From: Bacteroidota bacterium
GTDB taxonomy: Bacteria > Bacteroidota > Bacteroidia > Bacteroidales > VadinHA17
NCBI GenBank assembly: GCA_018262715.1
Contig: JADFDS010000041.1
Span: 5,697 to 69,696, forward strand
Reading direction: 5' to 3'
Length of the DNA stretch: 64,000 nt
The notes below the pieces were generated by a model. That model made no database searches and was not told the DNA's origin. It saw nothing but the letters and a program-made list of their open reading frames with translations. The translations under genes were made by a program, and so were the position numbers. The stretch's first letter is position 1. Each line of letters opens with the position of its first letter. Positions 48,857 through 57,530 of this stretch are shown in pieces.

Positions 48857-49721
48857 CATAGAACAGAGTTCGGGATTCTGTTTCGGAGTTGAAAATGCCG
48901 TTGCAATCGCTGAGGATGCACTGCGCAACGGAGAGACCGTGTATTGCCTCGGTGAGATAGTTCACAATGACATCGAGGTATCCAGGCTGACCGGCCTCGG
49001 ACTGAAGGCAATCACATATGAGGAGTTCGCAAACCTGCGCGACTGCAAGGTGCTGATCAGGGCACACGGCGAGCCGCCATCAACATACGCGAAGGCAAGG
49101 GAGAATAACATCACTATTATTGACGCCACCTGCCCTATAGTCAGGTCAATGCAGGAGAAGATACGAAAGGTGGCCGAGCTGTCGCGCGACGAGAGGGGAC
49201 AGATAGTCATCTACGGTAAGGAAGGTCATGCCGAGGTCATAGGGCTGATGGGTGCCGCAGGACCAAGGGGTATACTTGTGACCGGCAAGGGAGACCTGCA
49301 CAGGATAGACTACACCAGGCCGGTCTTCCTCTTCTCACAGACCACCAAGAGCAAGGTGCAGTACGAGGTTGTGGCTGAGATCATCAGGCTCAATATTGAA
49401 AAGGTCTCGCCTGATCATTCGTCCTCCAACCTGAAGGTGCACAACACCATCTGCAGGCAGGTGTCAGGGCGTGAGCCACGTCTGCGGGAATTCGCAATGA
49501 AGCACCATGTGATCATCTTCGTCAGCGGAAGGAACAGCTCCAACGGCCGTATGCTCTTCGAGGTATGTCTTAAGGTGAATCCCCGCTCCCACTTTATCTC
49601 CTCACCGGATGAGCTGAATCCCGAATGGTTCAGGGGTGCGGCAAGCGCAGGTGTATGCGGTGCCACTTCCACCCCGAGGTGGCTCATACAGGAAGTTGCA
49701 GAACTTGTTGCTGCGATGTGA
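48846..49721 (+). CDS. ispH: 4-hydroxy-3-methylbut-2-enyl diphosphate reductase
   Basis: N-terminal SSGFCFGVENAV, then DATCPIV and the third Cys region (HNTICRQV). Overlaps the cmk stop by 11 nt. Confidence 0.9.
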   Translation: MKVDIEQSSGFCFGVENAVAIAEDALRNGETVYCLGEIVHNDIEVSRLTGLGLKAITYEEFANLRDCKVLIRAHGEPPSTYAKARENNITIIDATCPIVRSMQEKIRKVAELSRDERGQIVIYGKEGHAEVIGLMGAAGPRGILVTGKGDLHRIDYTRPVFLFSQTTKSKVQYEVVAEIIRLNIEKVSPDHSSSNLKVHNTICRQVSGREPRLREFAMKHHVIIFVSGRNSSNGRMLFEVCLKVNPRSHFISSPDELNPEWFRGAASAGVCGATSTPRWLIQEVAELVAAM

Positions 49722-49792
49722 TATTGTTATTTTCTAAATTGCTGAAACATGAAATTGTAGTAATTTCGCACCGTCAATAAATAATTTCTATA

Positions 49793-50773
49793 ATGGGGAA
49801 AATTAAGAAGATAGGCGTACTCACATCGGGTGGAGACGCTCCAGGAATGAATGCAGCTATCCGCGCCGTGACGCGCACTGCTATTTATAACGGGCTTGAG
49901 GTAGTCGGCATAAGGCACGGCTACATGGGAATGATCAATGCCAATTTCAAGCCTCTTTACGCACACACGGTTTCAGATACCATCCAGCGCGGGGGTACAA
50001 TACTCAAAACAGCCAGGTGCGACGCGTTCCGTACTCCCGAGGGGAGGAAGGTTGCCTATGACAACCTGAGAGTTGCAGGAATTGACGGTGTTGTTGTGAT
50101 AGGAGGCGACGGCTCATTCAAGGGAGCCAGCCTTTTCAACGAAGAGCACAACATCCCGTTTGTGGGTGTGCCCGGCACGATAGACAATGATATCTATGGT
50201 ACTGACTACACAATAGGCTATGACACCGCACTCAACACCGTGGTGGAGGCCGTTGACAAGATACGTGATACCGCCAGCGCTCTCAACAGGATGTTTTTTG
50301 TAGAGGTGATGGGCGCCGAGGCGGGCCACATTGCCCTTTACAGCGGAATCGCCAGCGGCGCCGAAGCTATCATCATGCCTGAGATAAAGGGTGAGGCGCG
50401 TGACATCAACAAGATGATCGAGACGGGCAACAAGCGAAAGAAATCAAGCAATATCATCATTGTTGCTGAAGGCGATGAAGAGGGAGGTGCCATAGCGCTG
50501 GCCGAGAGACTCAAACCTCAGCTCAAGGGCTACGAGGTAAGGGTGGCCATACTCGGGCACCTGCAGCGCGGCGGTTCGCCGTCAGCACTTGACCGCGTAA
50601 ACGCCAGCAGGCTGGGCAATGCAGCAGTGGAGGCGCTCCTTGACGGTCAGCAGAGTGTGATGGTGGGACTGCAGAATGACGAAATAGTGCTCGTTCCTTT
50701 CAGGAAAGCCGTAAAACAGCATAAGGGACTGAACCAGCACCTTGTTGACATAATTGATATACTTAACGTCTGA
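49793..50773 (+). CDS. pfkA: ATP-dependent 6-phosphofructokinase
   Basis: IGVLTSGGDAPGMNAAIRAV, IGGDGS, GVPGTIDND and LGHLQRGG motifs. Confidence 0.93.
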   Translation: MGKIKKIGVLTSGGDAPGMNAAIRAVTRTAIYNGLEVVGIRHGYMGMINANFKPLYAHTVSDTIQRGGTILKTARCDAFRTPEGRKVAYDNLRVAGIDGVVVIGGDGSFKGASLFNEEHNIPFVGVPGTIDNDIYGTDYTIGYDTALNTVVEAVDKIRDTASALNRMFFVEVMGAEAGHIALYSGIASGAEAIIMPEIKGEARDINKMIETGNKRKKSSNIIIVAEGDEEGGAIALAERLKPQLKGYEVRVAILGHLQRGGSPSALDRVNASRLGNAAVEALLDGQQSVMVGLQNDEIVLVPFRKAVKQHKGLNQHLVDIIDILNV

Positions 50774-50793
50774 CAAAGAACGTTTTATAATTG

Positions 50794-51906
50794 ATGGGAC
50801 CTTCTGAGGTATATTTTACAGATATGCACAGCACCTCATCGCTGAACCTGCTGAAGAAGCTGGAGAGGCTGGTGAAAGCTGCCGGCTTTGAAAAACTTGA
50901 TTTCGAGCGTAAGATGACCGCTATCAAGGTCCATTTCGGTGAGCCGGGCAACCTCGCATATCTCAGACCCAACTTTGCAGCAAGGCTGGCTTCCATGGTG
51001 AAGGAGAAGGGCGGTAAACCGTACCTTACCGACTGCAACACACTTTATTCAGGGGAGAGGACAAATGCACCCGACCACCTTGATGCTGCATTCTCAAACG
51101 GGTACAACCCCCTCAGTGCAGGGTGCCATGTGATAATTGGCGACGGAGTCAAGGGGACTGATTACCGTGAGATAGAGGTTAACCTCGATTATACGCAGAC
51201 GGCGATGATCGGTACGGCGATAGCCGATGCTGATATAATTATCACCCTGAATCACTTCAAGGGGCATGAGCAGACCGGTTTCGGAGGTGCATTGAAGAAC
51301 CTCGGGATGGGCTGTGCTTCCATTGGAGGAAAGCTTTTCCAGCACTCGGGGAATCCGCCCTTTATTTACCAGAAGAACTGTACCGGCTGCAACATCTGCG
51401 TGATCAGTTGTGCACATGATGCTGTTCACCTGGGTGAAGACCGTAAGGCATTTATTGACAACGACAAATGCACCGGCTGCGGCCAGTGTGTGGCTGTCTG
51501 CCAGTTTGATGCCGCCAGGGTGCAGTGGAGCTCTGAGGGAGACGTGCTCAGCAAGAAAGTGGCAGAGTATGCTTTTGCCGTTGTGAAAGATAAGCCTGCA
51601 CTGCATATCAACTTCATCATTGATGTTTCGCCCGACTGTGACTGCTGGGGGCATAATGACAGGCCACTGGTTGAGGACATAGGAATTGCAGCGTCCACAG
51701 ACCCGCTTGCCCTTGACAAGGCATGCGCCGATATGGTCATGGAAGCGCCTGCGGCATGGCATTTGAGGGAAAAGGATAATGACAATGATCTCCGCGGGGA
51801 GGATAAGTTCCGGATAGCGCATGGCAGCACCGACTGGAACACGGGGCTCCTTCACGGGGAGAAGATTAAACTTGGATCTTTATCATACAAACTGATTAAG
51901 ATATGA
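50794..51906 (+). CDS. DUF362 domain protein with 4Fe-4S dicluster ferredoxin insert
   Basis: N-terminal DUF362-like region (..AIKVHFGEPGN..) and two CxxCxxCxxxC motifs (CTGCNICVISC; CTGCGQCVAVC). Confidence 0.7.
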   Translation: MGPSEVYFTDMHSTSSLNLLKKLERLVKAAGFEKLDFERKMTAIKVHFGEPGNLAYLRPNFAARLASMVKEKGGKPYLTDCNTLYSGERTNAPDHLDAAFSNGYNPLSAGCHVIIGDGVKGTDYREIEVNLDYTQTAMIGTAIADADIIITLNHFKGHEQTGFGGALKNLGMGCASIGGKLFQHSGNPPFIYQKNCTGCNICVISCAHDAVHLGEDRKAFIDNDKCTGCGQCVAVCQFDAARVQWSSEGDVLSKKVAEYAFAVVKDKPALHINFIIDVSPDCDCWGHNDRPLVEDIGIAASTDPLALDKACADMVMEAPAAWHLREKDNDNDLRGEDKFRIAHGSTDWNTGLLHGEKIKLGSLSYKLIKI

Positions 51907-52292
51907 AGGACCCGTCATCATCAAAGCGAATGGCCATTCTCATCGTTGAGGATGATCCGCATAGTCAGCTTTATTTCACGAAGCTGCTGTCAGGTATGTA
52001 TGACACTGCTGTGGCTGAGTCCGCTGCAGAGGCATGGGATCAGCTTCATGACCGGAAGTTTGACCTGGTGCTGATGGATATCTCCCTTAAGGGGGATGAG
52101 GATGGTCTCTCACTGACCCGCAGGCTGCGTGTCGAGGATGGTTATGGAACTCTGCCTATTGTAGCGGTGACGGCATATGCTTTCCCTGATGACCGGAAGC
52201 GGGCGATGGAAGCCGGCTGCACTGATTATCTGCCCAAGCCGGTGAGCAGCAACGACTTGCATCGCAAGATCGCGGAGCTGACTCTTAAATAG
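51903..52292 (+). CDS. Stand-alone response regulator receiver domain (CheY-like)
   Basis: ILIVEDD.., phospho-acceptor context LVLMDISL, and conserved T (VTAY) and K (LPKP). The ATG overlaps the upstream stop (ATGA). Confidence 0.8.
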   Translation: MKDPSSSKRMAILIVEDDPHSQLYFTKLLSGMYDTAVAESAAEAWDQLHDRKFDLVLMDISLKGDEDGLSLTRRLRVEDGYGTLPIVAVTAYAFPDDRKRAMEAGCTDYLPKPVSSNDLHRKIAELTLK

Positions 52293-52394
52293 TCAAAAAG
52301 TTCCTTCAGGATAAAAATTTTATTATTTTTGCGAACCTGAATTTTGTTCAGGCAGCCCTCCTTCTCCGCCGGCTGGCGGATACGGAGGTTAAAA

Positions 52395-52467
52395 CGGGGT
52401 GTAGCGCAGTTGGTAGCGTACTACGTTCGGGACGTAGGGGCCGGAAGTTCGAGTCTTCTCACCCCGA
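52395..52467 (+). tRNA. tRNA-Pro (anticodon CGG)
   Basis: Hand-folded. Acceptor CGGGGTG/CACCCCG. D arm GCGC/GCGT. Anticodon stem CTACG/CGTAG with loop TTCGGGA. T arm GGAAG-TTCGAGT-CTTCT. Discriminator A. No encoded CCA. Confidence 0.88.
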
Positions 52468-52480
52468 CAAGAGAAAAATG

Positions 52481-52512
52481 ACCACCGCCGGTTTTCCGGT
52501 GGTGGTTTTTTT
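52481..52512 (+). terminator. Rho-independent terminator after tRNA-Pro
   Basis: ACCACCGCCGG-tttt-CCGGTGGTGGT (one G-U pair) followed by a run of 7 T. Confidence 0.8.
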
Positions 52513-52835
52513 ATTGTCCTGTAGCGTCAACAGCTTGCTGTTGTAAGAGAAAGGGCAGTAAAAAAGAACCTTTGAGTGAAGCGAAAAGGTCATTTTTCTC
52601 TTCCGGTTGGCCCCATGGAAGTCCGCGAGTCCCGATTTATCGGGCGAGCAATCTTCTCCCTGATGTATCCACCCCATAACAGCCCGCCAGATCCGGAGCC
52701 GGCAATCTTCCCGCCAATGAATCTGTAATTAAGTCAGCAGGTTTGGCAAATTTCAAACAATTGTTAATCATTGACAATGCATTTCTTAAAGGAAAAAAGT
52801 AATTTGGTGTACCTTTTTGACTACCTGAAGATACA

Positions 52836-53957
52836 ATGGAACCCATTCTACTGTTTGGAGTATTTGAAGCATTGATAATCTTTCTTCTGATCATCCTGAA
52901 ACGGAAGAAGACGGTCTCAGACTACCTGCTGTCATCATTCTTCCTGGTTTATTCATTAAATACCTTTCTGAGTTACCTGGAAATATACAATCGCACGCAC
53001 GGATTCCCATACCCGCTCTTCTTTTTTGTCTCTACCCCGTTTCTGTTGCTTCACTGGCCGATTCTGTGGCTGTATGTGAAATCACTGACCGACCAGCATT
53101 TCAGGTTCAGACCGGTGTACCTGCTGAACCTGTTACCCTTTGTGCTTTGCATTATACTGTTCACCTTCGAGTACTACACCAAACCCCTGAACGAAAAGAT
53201 AGTCATTCTTCAGTCGGAATCATTTAAACATCAGTGGGATTACCCGGTTGTGATTATCACAATGACCTTGTCATCACTTGTTTACCTATCCTGGGCAGCA
53301 GTACTTGTGAGGCGCTACAACTGCAGGATCAAAGTGTATTTTTCGGAAACCTCAAGGTATGACCTGCACTGGCTTCGCGTGCTGATGATAGCTTCAGCTG
53401 CGATCTACACTGTCATTTACCTGGCTTTCGCAATTGATCTTATAGTTCCCCTGGCCCCGTTCAGATGGATGCACCAGATAAGCTTTCTGCTGGGTGCAGT
53501 TTATATCATTGTCCTCGGATTCTTCGGACACCGTCAGGGCAACCTGTTTTCGGAAAAAACAATTGGCATAAACCTTCAGGAACCCGGTACGATATCAGGC
53601 ATAACCTATTCATTAACCGACAAGGAAAATGATTTTATTCAGAACCTGCTGAAATATATGAATGAAAACAAACCTTTCCTGGTCCCGGAAATTACCCTTG
53701 CAGCCCTGGCTTCTGAACTGGAAGTTACGCCCGATTACCTGTCCGGAATCATAAACAATAAACTTGGAAAGAATTTCTTTGATTTCATCAATCACTATCG
53801 CATCGAGGAATTTAAAACCCGGTCCCTGGCACCCGAAAACAAAAAATTCACCCTTCTCTCAATTGCCTACGACTGCGGATTCAATTCAAAAGCCACATTT
53901 AACCGCGTTTTTAAGAATGTCACCGGCATTACTCCGGGTGAATATGCCAGCCGGTAA
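52836..53957 (+). CDS. Membrane-associated AraC family transcriptional regulator
   Basis: N-terminal half has about 6-7 TM helices. C-terminal AraC-type HTH (..LAALASELEVTPDYLSGIIN.. ; ..IAYDCGFNSKATFNRVFKNVTGITPGEY). Confidence 0.8.
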   Translation: MEPILLFGVFEALIIFLLIILKRKKTVSDYLLSSFFLVYSLNTFLSYLEIYNRTHGFPYPLFFFVSTPFLLLHWPILWLYVKSLTDQHFRFRPVYLLNLLPFVLCIILFTFEYYTKPLNEKIVILQSESFKHQWDYPVVIITMTLSSLVYLSWAAVLVRRYNCRIKVYFSETSRYDLHWLRVLMIASAAIYTVIYLAFAIDLIVPLAPFRWMHQISFLLGAVYIIVLGFFGHRQGNLFSEKTIGINLQEPGTISGITYSLTDKENDFIQNLLKYMNENKPFLVPEITLAALASELEVTPDYLSGIINNKLGKNFFDFINHYRIEEFKTRSLAPENKKFTLLSIAYDCGFNSKATFNRVFKNVTGITPGEYASR

Positions 53958-54080
53958 ATCTGCTCTCCTTTTCAGAAAAATACCGTGAGTCTCATTAAGC
54001 TGAGACCTCTGTTCCCCATAAAAGCCGTTTTCCGAGACCTCCTCAGAACTTGTTGAGACCCCCGTCATTCGGGCCTCATC

Positions 54081-54088
54081 TACCTTTG
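54081..54088 (+). promoter_or_regulatory. Candidate -7 promoter box TACCTTTG for the flavodoxin-like gene
   Basis: Exact TAnnTTTG match 26 nt upstream of the ATG at 54114. Preceded by three GAGACC direct repeats (54002, 54034, 54055). Confidence 0.35.
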
Positions 54089-54113
54089 TGCCATAATCTC
54101 AAAACACAAAGAA

Positions 54114-54638
54114 ATGAAAACAGCAGTTGTTTATGCATCCAAACATGGCACAACCGGTTTCGTGGCACAGAAGATAAGGAATCTTCTGCCTGACGATGAG
54201 GTGGTCATGTTTAACCTCGACAGGCGGGAGCGGATCGATCTCCGTCCATTCGGGCGCATTATTATAGGAAGCCCACTGTATTCAGGTACGTCGTTGCCGG
54301 TTGTCAGAAAGTTTATTGAACAGAATCTCCTTGACCTGCTTCAGAAGGAAGTCGGAATATTTGTCTGCTGCATGTTCCATGATAAAGCTGACAGTCAGAT
54401 TATCAAAGGATTCCCGGAATTGCTCAGGAATCATGCCCGCAGCATCAGAAACATGGGAGGTGAATACCGGTTTGAAGAGATGAACTGTATCGAACGCCTT
54501 GTGGTGAAGAAAATCTCCGGGGCAACAGGCAGTGTTTCCGAGATAAATGCCAGGAACATTGAACTGTTCGTCAGGGAATTGACTGTTGATGCTTCACAAC
54601 CCTGCTTCACTGAACCAAATTCATTTGTAAAACTTTAA
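54114..54638 (+). CDS. Flavodoxin domain-containing protein (HemG/Flavodoxin_5-like)
   Basis: MKTAVVYASKHGTTGFVAQKI FMN-phosphate loop. 174 aa. Confidence 0.65.
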   Translation: MKTAVVYASKHGTTGFVAQKIRNLLPDDEVVMFNLDRRERIDLRPFGRIIIGSPLYSGTSLPVVRKFIEQNLLDLLQKEVGIFVCCMFHDKADSQIIKGFPELLRNHARSIRNMGGEYRFEEMNCIERLVVKKISGATGSVSEINARNIELFVRELTVDASQPCFTEPNSFVKL

Positions 54639-54650
54639 AACTGAATTACG

Positions 54651-55997
54651 ATGAACTACTTACATTGTTTTGCAATCACTTACGGAGTGTCCGGAGCAGC
54701 AGCAGCCATCATGCTGGCTTTCGGAGTCTTGCTTGTCCTTTTATGGCTGACAGCCTTATTACTGGAAAACACCCTTCTTATTACCATTGTCCTTGCACTT
54801 TCTGCTTTGCACGGTCTTTTTCTGGTTCTCTCGTGGTTAAATCCGCTTAAGGCGAGGAAATCATCAATGGCTATTGCTCTGCCTGCAGCTCTTATGTTTT
54901 TTGAGGGCGGGGCAGCGCATGGTCAGACTCCTGAGGTTAGTCCTAAGAGCCCCATGCCTGACAACAGGTTCGTTTTTCCGCTGAGCTTAAATGAGGAACC
55001 GATGGAACGTCTGCTTGTTGCCAGTTTTAAAGATGATCCCGAGTACGAGGGGATTGAACCGCAATTGTTTGACAACAATGCTTCGGGGAAAGGCTTAAAG
55101 ATTCTTATGTACAGAAAAGACAAGAAGGTCGATGTGTACTATGAACCGGGGGTCTGCTTTGATGAAAAGACATTCACCCTTGGCGAGGGCCTTGGTTATA
55201 CGGCTGAGACCAAGATGTCACCGTCACAATTTGCCATATCAGAAAGCGGAGTTGATATCGATATTGCCTTCAGGGATAAATCGGGCCGTAATGTAAAAAT
55301 CCTGATAAAAGAAAACACCCGGGATGTGCGCCCCTTTCCGTTTCTTGCTCCCGTGGGCGACAATGTAAAGGATCCCGCTAAGCTTTTCGCGGTATATATG
55401 AAGGGATTCGATTTCGTGAGAAGAAAAGGAACAACCGTACATGTTACAGTAGGCGACAGGGAACTGACACCCGCAAATTTTCCAATCACGAGAGACAGGC
55501 AAAAAGTGTACCTCATGCGTTATGCATCCAGCCTTGTCATCGGTGAAATAAATGCATCTGTAACAAAACCTTATGTCATTGAAAATATTTCACGGGGAGT
55601 AGTTAAAACCGGGGATATGAGAATGCTGATCAATGAGGGGGGTAAGGTGCAGAGCTGTTGGATCGACGCGAATTCTGACACAATTGAGCTGAGATTCCCG
55701 AACGGTTTTCCAAATCTTCTGACATTACCACAGAACAGGGAAGTCAGGGGTTCCTGGCAGTATGCCGTCTCCGGCGAAGAGCTTTTCGGAGGTACATATT
55801 CACTTCTGAGAGATGGCAGCAAGGTATGTATTGAGCTCGATGTCACAAAAAACTGGAAGCCTCGCAATATCCCGTTCAGTTTCAGGGTATTTACCGGCAT
55901 CGTCCGGATGTTCCGGACATGGCCGGCTTCTTACAGGTGGAATGCAACCGTTGATCTGAACGGGATGTCAACCGAAAGCAAATGGCAAAGGAAATAG
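54651..55997 (+). CDS. Hypothetical membrane-anchored protein, no recognisable domain
   Basis: 448 aa. Two or three N-terminal TM helices followed by a beta-rich soluble region of about 340 aa. I recognise no motif. Its position 12 nt after the flavodoxin gene suggests co-transcription. Confidence 0.5.
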   Translation: MNYLHCFAITYGVSGAAAAIMLAFGVLLVLLWLTALLLENTLLITIVLALSALHGLFLVLSWLNPLKARKSSMAIALPAALMFFEGGAAHGQTPEVSPKSPMPDNRFVFPLSLNEEPMERLLVASFKDDPEYEGIEPQLFDNNASGKGLKILMYRKDKKVDVYYEPGVCFDEKTFTLGEGLGYTAETKMSPSQFAISESGVDIDIAFRDKSGRNVKILIKENTRDVRPFPFLAPVGDNVKDPAKLFAVYMKGFDFVRRKGTTVHVTVGDRELTPANFPITRDRQKVYLMRYASSLVIGEINASVTKPYVIENISRGVVKTGDMRMLINEGGKVQSCWIDANSDTIELRFPNGFPNLLTLPQNREVRGSWQYAVSGEELFGGTYSLLRDGSKVCIELDVTKNWKPRNIPFSFRVFTGIVRMFRTWPASYRWNATVDLNGMSTESKWQRK

Positions 55998-56022
55998 CAG
56001 AAAGCCGGAAGGGGGACAGGTA

Positions 56023-56661
56023 TCAGATCTCATCTCCCGGCTTCAGGTAGAATCCGATAGCATTCAGGGAGTCACTCTTACGGTAATATTCAGGATCAGC
56101 AAACTTCGTATTCTCCAGCCTGGTGACCTTTATCATAACGCTGCCATCCTTAGGTTTCATAACCTGTACTCCTTTTGTTGTCCTGCTATCCACCGCATTG
56201 ATCAGGGAGGTGTTGAACAGGACAACCTTTTTAATGCTGCTCACGGCAACCAGGTCAATATCATGCTCGATGAGTTCAATAAAAACCAGGCGCGATTCGC
56301 CATTGAAGGCACTTCTGAGTTTCTTCCTTGTGTACTCGGTTTTATAGCTTTCCATTGAGATCTTCCCGATTTTGCCATTCTCAAATGCGACTATCAGAAA
56401 GCCTTTATATCTCTTTTCTCCGGTCAGATATACAGGTCTTTCACCCGGTTCAGCATCAATCTTCTGAAGCGCCTGTACTTTGTCCATTAGCTCCTTTTTC
56501 TGAACCTTATAAACATTGCACAGGGTGGTAAAGACAAGGATCTCTCCTGAATTTGAATCGTCCCCGATTTTTATGGTTGCTGTTCCGGAGGGAGATTCCC
56601 TTATTGAATCATTCCTCTTTTCCATCTCTATTTTCCTTCTCAGGCTTTCTGCACTTTGCAT
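56023..56661 (-). CDS. Orphan GyrA/ParC C-terminal-domain-like protein (possible gene remnant)
   Basis: Repeated blades of the type ..ILVFTTLCNVYKV.. , ..LIVAFENGKIGKI.. , ..LVAVSSIKKVVLF.. and ..RTTKGVQVMKPKDGSVMIKV resemble the beta-pinwheel repeats of type IIA topoisomerase A subunits. No catalytic N-terminal part lies nearby. Confidence 0.35.
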   Translation of the reverse strand: MQSAESLRRKIEMEKRNDSIRESPSGTATIKIGDDSNSGEILVFTTLCNVYKVQKKELMDKVQALQKIDAEPGERPVYLTGEKRYKGFLIVAFENGKIGKISMESYKTEYTRKKLRSAFNGESRLVFIELIEHDIDLVAVSSIKKVVLFNTSLINAVDSRTTKGVQVMKPKDGSVMIKVTRLENTKFADPEYYRKSDSLNAIGFYLKPGDEI

Positions 56662-56765
56662 GGTAATCAGGTTTTGATTTGAACCCAAATGTGGGAATTA
56701 TTCAATTTGCATCTGCATAATTCCATAGGATTTTTCGCTGTTATAATTAACTGTAAAATCAATGC

Positions 56766-57281
56766 TCAGGCATTCAGCAGCCTCTCATAGATTTCATGGT
56801 TTTCCCGGTCAAAACAGACGAACACCACTTCACGCAGCGATTTGTCATTTTTCAAAAACTTCCTGACGGCTTCGATTGCAATCTTTGCTGCTCTCTCTTT
56901 CGGGAAGCCGTAGACTCCGGTGCTGATATTGGGAAATGCAATAGTTTTTACTCCGTTATCCGCTGCAAGCTGCAATGAGTTGGAATAGGCGTTCGTCAGC
57001 AGCTGATCCTCATTGTTAATTCCGCCGTGCCATACCGGACCCACCGTATGGATGACATACCTGGCCGGCAGCTTCCCGGCCGTGGTTATCACCGCCTCAC
57101 CAGTCCGGCAACCGCCCTGTCTTTCAACAATCCTCCTGCATTCGTCCAGAATGGCCCTGCCTCCTGCCCTGTGGATTGCGCCGTCCACCCCACCCCCGCC
57201 GAGAAGCGACGAATTTGCTGCGTTGACAATTGCATCAACTTCGATCCTTGTAATGTCGCCAAGTAACAGTTTTATCATCAT
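56766..57281 (-). CDS. Macro domain protein (O-acetyl-ADP-ribose deacetylase, YmdB-like)
   Basis: [34 protein letters not shown] and ..[12 protein letters not shown].. are canonical macro-domain motifs. Confidence 0.88.
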   Translation of the reverse strand: MMIKLLLGDITRIEVDAIVNAANSSLLGGGGVDGAIHRAGGRAILDECRRIVERQGGCRTGEAVITTAGKLPARYVIHTVGPVWHGGINNEDQLLTNAYSNSLQLAADNGVKTIAFPNISTGVYGFPKERAAKIAIEAVRKFLKNDKSLREVVFVCFDRENHEIYERLLNA

Positions 57282-57327
57282 TCAATCATATGAGTTTACT
57301 GAGGTATGCCAACCATTCTGAAAACAA

Positions 57328-57519
57328 TCACAACTCATTGTACTTCCTTGCAGTATCCTTTGATTTGTCAACCGGTTTCCACAGAAAGAGCTCATTCAGC
57401 TCGGCTGTCTCAATTGACAAGGCCAGGGCCAGATCCTTTGTGTTGTGAAACTGCTCCCATTGCCGTGCATCCCTGAATTTAACCAGCTCGTCAATCAACA
57501 TCTGAAAGTCACTCATCAC
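57328..57519 (-). CDS. MazG-like nucleotide pyrophosphohydrolase, shortened (63 aa; possibly degenerate)
   Basis: The N-terminal half matches the dCTPase/MazG-like pattern (FRDARQWEQFHNTKDLALALSIETAELNELFLWK, first ExxE motif). The second metal-binding helix (E..ADV) is missing and the protein ends soon after. Confidence 0.5.
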   Translation of the reverse strand: MMSDFQMLIDELVKFRDARQWEQFHNTKDLALALSIETAELNELFLWKPVDKSKDTARKYNEL

Positions 57520-57530
57520 ATATCTTTCTA

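Noticed and set aside
52459-52894. Two small minus-strand ORFs (72 and 85 aa) in the gap between tRNA-Pro and the AraC gene.
   Set aside because: The first overlaps the tRNA-Pro 3' end and its terminator. I found no start context or recognisable motif for either. I treat the region as non-coding or promoter DNA.
56766-57519. A DarT/DarG-like or other toxin-antitoxin/defence pair, suggested by the macro-domain gene.
   Set aside because: The macro protein is a short YmdB-type enzyme without the DarG antitoxin extension. No DarT-like ADP-ribosyltransferase is adjacent. The neighbouring MazG-like ORF appears truncated.
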